Assembly (NCBI GenBank): GCA_951406725.2
Contig: OX597827.1
Coordinates: 71,858,001-71,922,000, forward strand
DNA length: 64,000 nucleotides
Reading direction: 5' to 3'
DNA from: Octopus vulgaris
Taxonomy: Eukaryota
Position numbers and translations under genes: made by a program. The first letter of the stretch is position 1, and every line of letters begins with the position of its first letter. Below, one piece after another: positions 55,291 to 64,000 of this stretch. The notes below the pieces were generated by a model. That model saw nothing but the letters and a program-made list of their open reading frames with translations, did no database searches and was not told where the DNA came from.

Positions 55291-56735
55291 ATAATAATAA
55301 TAATAATAATAATAATAGTAATGGTTTCAAATTTTGGCATAAGGCCAGCTATTTTGTGGGAGAGAGATAGTCGATTACATCAACTGCCATTGCACAAAAG
55401 CTACTCATTTTATCGACCCCCGAATGGATGAAAGGCAAAGTTAACCTCAGCAGAGTTTGAACTCAGAAGGTAAAGACAGATGAAATGGTGCTAAACATTT
55501 AGCCCCAACGTACAAGCGATTCTGCCAGTTTGCCACCCCCATGACAGGTTAATAATACTGAAAGGCGATAACGATGTGTGAGGATGAATTACAAGGGGTT
55601 TCCCCCCCACCCCATTTAAAATGCAAGTTGCAATTCCATGAAGGTAAAATCAATTCTGAAAGTAGAAACAAAAAAACAACAACCCTTATACCAAATATGT
55701 ATAAAAAATAGAAAATGAAAAAAAAAAACAATTCACAAAATATAAAACTTCAAGTCCCAGCTACAGCATATCAGATACAACATGGTTCAAGGAAAGGCTG
55801 TAGCGGGGTCGGACTGAAATTGTTTAGCTTATCAGGTTTGTGTGTGTGCGTGGGTAGTTTTTTTGGGGGGATGTGGGGTAGGTTGAAGCAGGGAGTAAGG
55901 TAGAAACAAAAGGGGAGGGGATTAATGCTTCAGGGCCAGAGAATAACTCAAGGGTTTAGGGTCATTGGGATAAAAAAAGTACTTTATGTCTATTTTCATA
56001 TCACAAAGCAAGGGGCATGTACATATGCATAAGTGTATATGTGTGTGCATATACTTGTATATTATATATGTATGTGTATATATACAACAAGATGTGTGTC
56101 TGTGTGTGTATCACTGCTATTCACTTATATACATACATACTTGCTCGGACTAGACAGCACTTTGTTGAGGCAGATTTTCTATGGTCAGATGCCCTCCTTG
56201 TTATCAACCTTCACCTGTCACCAAGCAAGGTAATATCTCTCCTGTGGCAGGACATGTTTTCACAAAAGATTGGAAGCAAATAACACCACTTGTATGAGGG
56301 TGTCACTCGTTTACAACTGCAGCATGATTTCAAGACAAGGAGGCACAAGCACAAACAACCCATGCACACACACACACACTATATACCCAGGCTATAGTAG
56401 AAGACACTTGTCCAAGGTTGCCACACAGTGGAACTGAACCCAGAACCATGTTGTTGGCAAGCAAGCTTCTTACCACACAGCCACATATGGTGTTTTACCT
56501 TCAGTTTCTGTCCACCAAATCTTCTCACAAGTCTAGGCAAAGGCACTTGTCCAAGGGGCCTTTGGGGAAAATATTAAAGAAAGGACCACAGAGTTGTAAA
56601 GGAAACTTGTCAGTAACACACCTTCTGCCAGCACGTTTATATGTGTGTTGTGTGTGTATGTATATATGTATGTTATGTAAATTTGTGTGGGTGTATGTAC
56701 ATACATATATATATGTATGTATGTGTGTGTGTGTG

Positions 56736-56783
<48 letters not shown>

Positions 56784-57045
56784 GACTTTAACACATGAAA
56801 ATTTGAATTCATAATGCAGTTCAATACAGACAACTGAAATTTTAAGAAAAAATGAAAATTTGGCAAGAATGTTCAAGAAAGAAAGTGGAAGAGCAAAAGA
56901 AAAGAGAAAGAAAAAGAAAAGAGGATGGGTAATGAAGTGCACCACCACCATCATCATCATCATCATCATCGGCATTTTAAGTCTGTTTTCCATGCTGGCA
57001 TGGGTTGATGCATGCAAATGCATTCATACGTTAAATCTTGCATAC

Positions 57046-58796
57046 TTGTAATAGGTTAGAATATGGGGTGTGACCCTTTTAGGATGTTTGAAATGTACAC
57101 CAATGGACTGGATTTGTGGGAGAGGCTTGGGGTCTTTCCGCACGTATATAATCGGCACTTCTTCTTCTGAAGTAATTATTCGAGGCCGTGGTTGTGTGCT
57201 GTTCTGCCGTGTGTGAGGACTTTCATTCAAATGGCTCTCAGTCTCACGTGTTCCCAAGTTGCCGCCGTCTTCAGTATCAATACTTTCCATGGGCAATCGC
57301 TCTCGCCTGTACTTAAGGATTGGAGCGGGGCTCAGGAAAACCGAATCATTCTCTTTACCGTGATGGTTTATTTCGGGAGGTTCTTCTAGATCAATATCCA
57401 TTTTGGGTGCTTTCGGTACAGGTAATTCTTTGAATGACTTTTCGATACTTCTCAGCTGGTACAGTAACATGTCCTGTTGATTAGACAAGAAGTCGAAATT
57501 GATTTTTGCTAATTCCGATTCGGGCATCTTGCTTTCAGGAGGAAATGTATTTTTGTGCAGATTTGGCGAGTTGAGACATGCCTTGATCATTTGTTTGTAT
57601 TCAGTTTGTCGACGTGAACCAACAGGGGTGCTGGGTGTGGGTGTGGGTGAGGCAGGAAGTGGGTTGGAAATTCTACGAAGCCTCGTACATTTTGGTGTCT
57701 TGCAACAATTATCCGCTTCAGAGATGTTTCTCTTCAGCAACGGCTTTGTTGCTGAACCTTCGTTAACAGGACGACACCATGATGGTGATGGCCTAGCATT
57801 TGTGTTCTGTTGTTGATTTTGCAGCATCATTCGTGTCTTCAATATGTCGGATTTTAATACAGGCAGAGACGAGTTTTGTTTGTGTCCAGCCATTGATGAC
57901 GTACGACGTACAGCATGCTCTTTGACACTGCTTTGCTGTAAAGTTTCGTTAGCCGATGATGCTCGTCGCACAGAACGGCCTTTATCGACTGATGATGTGT
58001 TTGGAGTTGAAGAAATAATTCCTGGTTGGATGAGATTTTCAGACGGTACTTGAGCTCTTTGTAAAATCTTTTTGGTTTCATTTGTCACCTTAAAACTCGC
58101 TCTCGCATTTGGCCTGTGTGTTCCTTTTGTTTCCGATGCACTGAGTGAACGCTTGCTTTGCAGGTGTGAAGAACCCAGATCGTGCTCGTTGTCAACAGAC
58201 CGAGATCGAGTGCGAAGTGAAACTGATGGTTCCCAAGGATTCTGGCCCTTGACAGAATGGTCACAGAGTACAAGATCTCTTTTGCTAAGAGTTTTGCTGA
58301 TGCTTCCTTTTACATCCTTCTCAAAGATCTCTCCAGACAGATCAGCACGTTGTTTAGGTGGAACAAAAATAACTGTGCCGCCAGAAATAGTGGAAAAGCC
58401 AGCATCCGATTGGTCAGAATCAGAGTCACTGTCTTCTGCTCTGGCTAGTGGAACTGTCCGGGGGTAAACTGGCAAGTGACTGTCATGACTTGATTGCCTT
58501 CCTTTGACAGGAGATACCACTACAGTGGCATCATTGCCTTTTTTTTTCGAACAAGTCACCAGAGAAACAGAAACATTTGTCGGGGAAGATATTTCCTTCT
58601 TCACAGGAATTTTGGAAACAGACCAATCATCTTTGCGTCTCTTCAGGAAACGCTGAAAGGGACTTGCACTTCGTTTCCGTTGTCTAACAAAAGCACCGGC
58701 AGATTTCTTTCTTTGGCGACCGCGGTCCTCAGGCGGAGGTGCTGCTGCTCTGGTTTGAACCGACTTCCCTGCCTTTGATTTTGTTTCTTCAGTCTT
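57046..58796 (-). CDS. Large internal (or terminal) coding exon of an unidentified low-complexity Ser/Arg/Lys/Pro-rich protein, ~583 codons
   Basis: The only long non-repetitive ORF (57024..58604). It extends upstream in frame (KTEETKSKAGKSVQTR...KRRKDDWSVSKIPVKKEIS) to the acceptor ttttattttataccctgttaacAG at 58797-58798. Candidate donor AA|GTATGC at 57045; otherwise it reads to the stop at 57024. No domain recognised. Confidence 0.85.
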
Positions 58797-58884
58797 CTGT
58801 TAACAGGGTATAAAATAAAAGGCAATGAGTAGTACCAATAAAATAATCTACGCTTCAAGACATTAAGATTCAGTTATGCTATGA

Positions 58885-59310
58885 AGAATGACATATTTAC
58901 TGTTGTGACAAATCACAAAAACAATCCTAGTGCAGAATATTGCAATTGTGACACATCACAAATAAAATATTACCGTTCATTAGTGCATTGTAGTTCATTG
59001 AGACACATCATAAATATATTATATGCACAAAAACAGTGCAACTGTCGCCCATCATAAAAGCAATATCTGTGCAGTACACTACAGTTGTGACACATCATAA
59101 ACTCAATACAAGTGCAGTAGGCTGCCATTATGACACATCATAAAAGCAATATATGTGCAGAACACTACAGTTGGGACACATCATAAAGCCAATGCAAGTG
59201 CAGTATGCTCCTATTATGATACGTCATAGAAATATGAGCAGTTCATTGCAGTTATGACACGTCATAAAAACAATATATGTTCATTATTTCTATGAAATAT
59301 CATAAATGCA
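58885..59310. repeat. Degenerate ~39-bp minisatellite just upstream of the large exon's acceptor
   Basis: Recurrent ttgtgacacatcataaa...gtgcagta units, ~11 copies. Confidence 0.7.
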
Positions 59311-59744
59311 ACATTATAAGCAAGACATTGAAGAGGGTATTAGTGGGGAGACAAGGTAAATCTTAGGATAGGGTTCCTGGAGGATAGCTTGATGTAAAGG
59401 ACTAGGGCTCAATCTTAATTTGATCAATAGTACATCTGTCTTCTCCAATACAGATTTGTGAGTGTTCTAACAGAGGGACTGGCACACGTGGTACATTAGT
59501 ATGTGAGGAGTAGTTAGGGTTAGGTTTAGTGTTAGTCAGGTAAGGACACATTAGATTAGAATGTACAGATGTATGAAGAATTTACAGATGTACTAAAGAG
59601 ATATAGATGTTTCAAAGACATACAAATGCATTGAAGACATACAGAAGTATTAAAGACATACACTGAGTAGATGCAGCTGTATTAATGATACGACGTATAT
59701 GTGTGCATGTGTGTATATGTGTGTGTGTATGTATACATAAATAC

Positions 59745-59793
<49 letters not shown>

Positions 59794-59882
59794 ATATATA
59801 TCTATATTTATATACATACATATATACATATATATATATCATACATATATATATACATACATATATATATATACATATATAC

Positions 59883-59983
<101 letters not shown>

Positions 59984-60409
59984 TCTGTATTTTTGTATGT
60001 ATACACACATATGCAACACACACATAATAACAACAATGGTGCCTCTTCGTTGTCATTTAATTTGTGAGAAATAGCAGTCAAGTATCAAATCTCCCACAAA
60101 TTGCATGCTGCAATATATAAAAAAAAATAAGCGCACTTTGGATAATGCAGTACTAGATTCACTATATCTCAATAAAAAAAAAAGACGGGATGGTCATGGC
60201 TAGAATGACTTTCATCATAAACCTGCACTAACAGCTCTAGGGTGGACACAAATAATGCCAACAACAACATAAAGGAGCGGATGGTGCATAATAGCTGCAC
60301 AATTGGTGCATGGGGTGGCGCAGCAGTAAATGAATGATGGAGTGTTCGGTGATGGACACATTGATGGCTATGAGACGTTTTGGCACAGCTGTTTTGCCAC
60401 TGCTTATTA

Positions 60410-60636
60410 TTTACTCTTTACTCTCTTTTACTCTTTTACTTGTTTCAGTCATTTGACTGCGGCCATGCTGGAGCACCGCCTTTAATCGACCAACTCGACC
60501 CCGGGACTTATTCTTTTGTAAGCCCAGTACTTATTCTATCGGTCTCTTTTGCCGAACCGCTAAGTGACGGGGACATAAACACACCATCATCGGTTGTCAA
60601 GCAATGCTAGGGACACACACACAAATACACACACGC

Positions 60637-60669
<33 letters not shown>

Positions 60670-60834
60670 TACGATAGGCTTCTTTCAGTTTCCGTCTACC
60701 AAATCCACTCACAAGGCTTTGGTCGGCCCGAGGCTATAGTAGAAGACACTTGCCTAAGGTGCCACGCAGTGGGACTGAACCCGGAACCATGTGGTTGGTA
60801 AATAAGCTATTTACCACACAGCCACTCCTGCGCC
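60410..60834 (-). mobile_element. SINE family A, full length
   Basis: Near-identical to 156-578. Confidence 0.9.
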
Positions 60835-60858
60835 TATTTGACATCACTGATTCAAACG

Positions 60859-60990
60859 AGTCACCAGAGAAACAGAAGCATTTGTCGGGGAAGATATTTC
60901 CTTCTTCACAGGAATTTTGGAAACAGACCAATCATCTTTTTGCGTCTCTTCAGGAAACGCTGAAAGGGACTTGCACTTCGTTTCCGTTGT
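60859..60990. repeat. Direct duplication of exon segment 58554-58683
   Basis: Identical except one substitution and a 2-bp T insertion. Confidence 0.92.
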
Positions 60991-61550
60991 TTCAGTTCTA
61001 AATTATTTGACATTAGACATTTTAATCTTTTTCTCTCTCTCTCTCTCTCATTCTTTCTGTCTGTCTATCTGTCTGTCTCTCTCATTCTCTAATGCTCTTT
61101 CTCTCTCTCCCTCTCCCTCTATCTATCTATCTCTCTTTATCTGTCTGTTCCTTCTTTATCTATTTCTCAATCTCTATCTCTCTCTCTTTCTCTCACTCTA
61201 TCTTTTCCTCTCTCTCTCTTTCTCTCTTTCTATCTATCTCTCATTCTCTAATGCTCTCTCTCCCTCTATCTGTCTATCCTTCTTTATCTGTCTATTTCTC
61301 AATCTCTATCTCTCTCTCTATCTTTTCTTCTCTCTCTCTTTCTCTATCTATCTATCTATTTCTCTATCTTTCTCTATCTCTATCTCTCTTTGTCTGCTTA
61401 TTCCTTCTTTATCTGTCTATTTCTCAATCTCTATCTCTCTCATTCTCCACCTCTCTTCCATTCTCCCCCTCTCTTTCTCTATCTCTCTATCTATCTATCT
61501 ATCTATCTATCTACCTGTATGTGTATGTATATTTCTGCACTTGCACACGA

Positions 61551-61584
<34 letters not shown>

Positions 61585-63044
61585 ACACATTTGCCTCCAG
61601 TCCCATAAAATACCATCACCAAAACACCTTCAGTGTCCCCTCAGCCGTTGCAAATCATTCACATCCAAACAACAACAACCAGTTGTCTCATTCCAAACAT
61701 TGACACGGATCTTACAGCGGAAGAGGAATACAAAAGCAGGAAATGCTTAGAACAGAAGACAAAGAAATATCATGCATTGACCCTTTTGATACCAAACCAC
61801 CTGAGAACACCCGAGTTCTTCTATAATATGAATTTCAAATTTTTAAGGGATCTGATTTAAAACTTCCCCTCAACATTTCATGTTAATTAATGTTCCAAAC
61901 AACAGTTTAAAAATGACAGAGGTTATTTTAATTAATTTCGTTTATTTTTTACTTGTTTCAGTCATTAGACTGTGGCCATGCTGGGGCACCACGTTGAAGA
62001 ATTTTTAGTTGAGTGAATTGCCCCCACCCCTACCCGCTCCCAGTATTTATTTTTTAAAGCCAGATACTAAATCTGTTGGTCTCTTTTTGCTGAACCACTA
62101 AGTTTCAGGGATGTAAACACACCAACACCGGTTGTCAAGTGGTGGTAGGGGACAGACACAAAGACTCACAGACACATACACACACATGACAGGCTTCTTT
62201 CAGTTTCCATCTACGAAATCCATTCACAAGGCTTCGGTTGGCCTAAAGTTATAGCAGAAGACACTCGTCCATGGTGCCACATGGGGAGACTGAACCCAGA
62301 GCCATGTGGTTGGGAGGCAAGCTTCTTATCACACAGCCTTGCCCGCACCTCCTCCATTATTTTTAAAACTAATTGAAAGCAAAGCAGAGTATTTCGACAA
62401 ATATGGTAACAAAAGGGGTTAAAAGTAGTGAGCATCACAGAAAGAGGGTAAGAAGGCGTGGAGGCATAAAAGACATGCAAACAGTAAAAGCTAAAAGCTC
62501 AGCAAAGCACAAGAAATCATGGAGAACATTTCTTTTTACAAGACAAAAACTGATACACATATACATATAACAACATAACAATTCTGTTTAAATTTTGATA
62601 TAAGGCCAAAAATTTTAGGGTAGGGAGACAAGTCAATTATATTGACCACCACCCCAGCTCTCAGGTAGTTTGTATTTTATCAAGTCCAAAAGGATGAACG
62701 ATAAAGGCAACCTTGGTGGAATTTGAACTCAGAATTTTAAAAATAGCTAGGAGAATGCTGCTAATCATTTTGTCTGGTTTGCTAATAATTTTGGCAGTTT
62801 GCCACATTATATAATATAACATAATATAATATAATATAGTACTGGACCTCTTATCTGGCTTCTAGAAATCTCAGAACACTGAGTAATATCATACAAGTTA
62901 CTGTACCCTGTAAGGTGTAGAGCTGGCAAAATCATTTGTATGCAGGGCAAAATGTTGCATCCATCTTTCTAAGTTCAAATTTGGCTGAGGTTGACTTTGC
63001 CTTTCATCCTTTCAGGGTTGATAAAATAAGTACCAGTTGATAAG

Positions 63045-63352
63045 CACCATTCATGCTTGGGTCATTGCCAGTGCCACCTGACTGGCTCCCCATGCTGGTA
63101 GCACATAAAAAGCACCATCGGAACGTTGCCGATGCCAGTATCACCTGACTTGCTCCTGTGCCAGTGGCATATAAAAAGCACCCACTACACTCTCGGAGTG
63201 GTTGGTGTTAGGAAGGGCATCCAGCTGTAGAAACATTGCCAGGTCAGATTGAAGCCTGGTGCAGCCTCCTGGCTTGCCAGTCCCCAGTCAAACTGTCCAA
63301 CCCATGCCAGCATGGAAAACGGACATTAAACGATGATGATAATGATGATGAT
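63045..63352 (+). mobile_element. SINE-like family G 3' region with (GAT)n tail; copies at 63800-64000(-) and 47590-47820(-)
   Basis: ggttggtgttaggaagggcatccagctgtagaaac ... ccaacccatgccagcatggaaaacggacattaaacgatgatgat. Confidence 0.75.
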
Positions 63353-63437
63353 GAGTACAGGTGGGGATGGGGACGATGTAATCAACTAACCCCTTCCTCT
63401 GAAAGCGTTGGCCTTGTGCCAAAATTAGAAACCAATA

Positions 63438-63800
63438 TTACTGTACCCTGTATTGAGTAAACAGACCCTGTTTCTGAAAATGGTTAATTTGCATATGATG
63501 CGTTAAAAATAGTTTGTTCTTTACTATTTCAAGTGGATCAATAAAGATTAAATACACTCTGCTTAACAAGTGTATTAATTTGTTCACGAATCTATTAAAT
63601 AAAATCATGTTCTTTACTCTTTTCTTTATTTAATTTTCCATCTTATAAACATTATACTACATGTGTGTGGTGCAGTATGATATATTTATTTTAAGAATTT
63701 GAAGTGGATTAATAAATATCGAGCAGACTCTGCTTCAGAAATGTTATTAATTTGAATCTGTTAAATACAATTTAGCTCTATTTTTCCTAGTTTATTTTAT
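63438..63800 (+). repeat. AT-rich interspersed element; a split copy lies at 594-740 plus 2440-2620
   Basis: ctgtaccctgtattg.gtaaac.gaccctg...ggttaatttgcat and gtggattaataaatatc...attaatttgaatctgttaaatacaat are shared between the loci. Confidence 0.65.
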
Positions 63801-64000
63801 CATCATCATTTAGCGTCCGTTTTCCATGCGAGCATGGGTTGGACGGTTCAACTGGGGTCTGTGAAGCCAGAAGGCTGCATCAGGCCCAGTCTGATCTGGC
63901 AGTGTTTCTACGGCTGGATGCCCTTCCTAACGCCAACCACTCTGCGAGTGTAGTGGGTGCTTTTTACGTGCCACCCGCACAGGAGCCAGACGGAGCTGGC

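Noticed and set aside
57192-58858. Short overlapping plus-strand and alternative-frame ORFs
   Set aside because: Shadows of the large minus-strand exon.
61590-61760. Unique sequence that could be an upstream exon of the large-exon gene
   Set aside because: All three minus-strand frames contain stops and the splice sites are weak; could only be non-coding.

Overview
Eukaryotic, AT-rich DNA saturated with microsatellites and short repeats. The SINE repertoire and repeat density point to an Octopus (cephalopod) genome; this is inferred by recognition, not by a search. Nearly all listed ORFs are microsatellite or SINE artefacts. Two real gene signals lie on the minus strand. One is a ~1.75 kb coding exon of an unidentified Ser/Arg/Lys-rich protein (58796-57046). 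The other is a 127-nt signal-peptide first exon missed by the ORF track (26120-25994, possibly an ionotropic glutamate receptor), preceded by a palindromic CRE next to a TATA box. The rest is transposon-derived: at least five SINE-like families, RTE and R4/Dong LINE fragments, three non-autonomous Helitrons, hAT/mariner/piggyBac-type MITEs, minisatellites and Penelope-like remnants. The most notable signals are several different minimal type-I hammerhead ribozyme motifs with palindromic helix III (50.8, 43.6, 37.0 and possibly 18.2 kb), an RTE with twin-priming-style inversion, a 264-bp fold-back, and an intronic copy of 130 bp of the large exon. Coordinates were read by eye and may be a few bases off.
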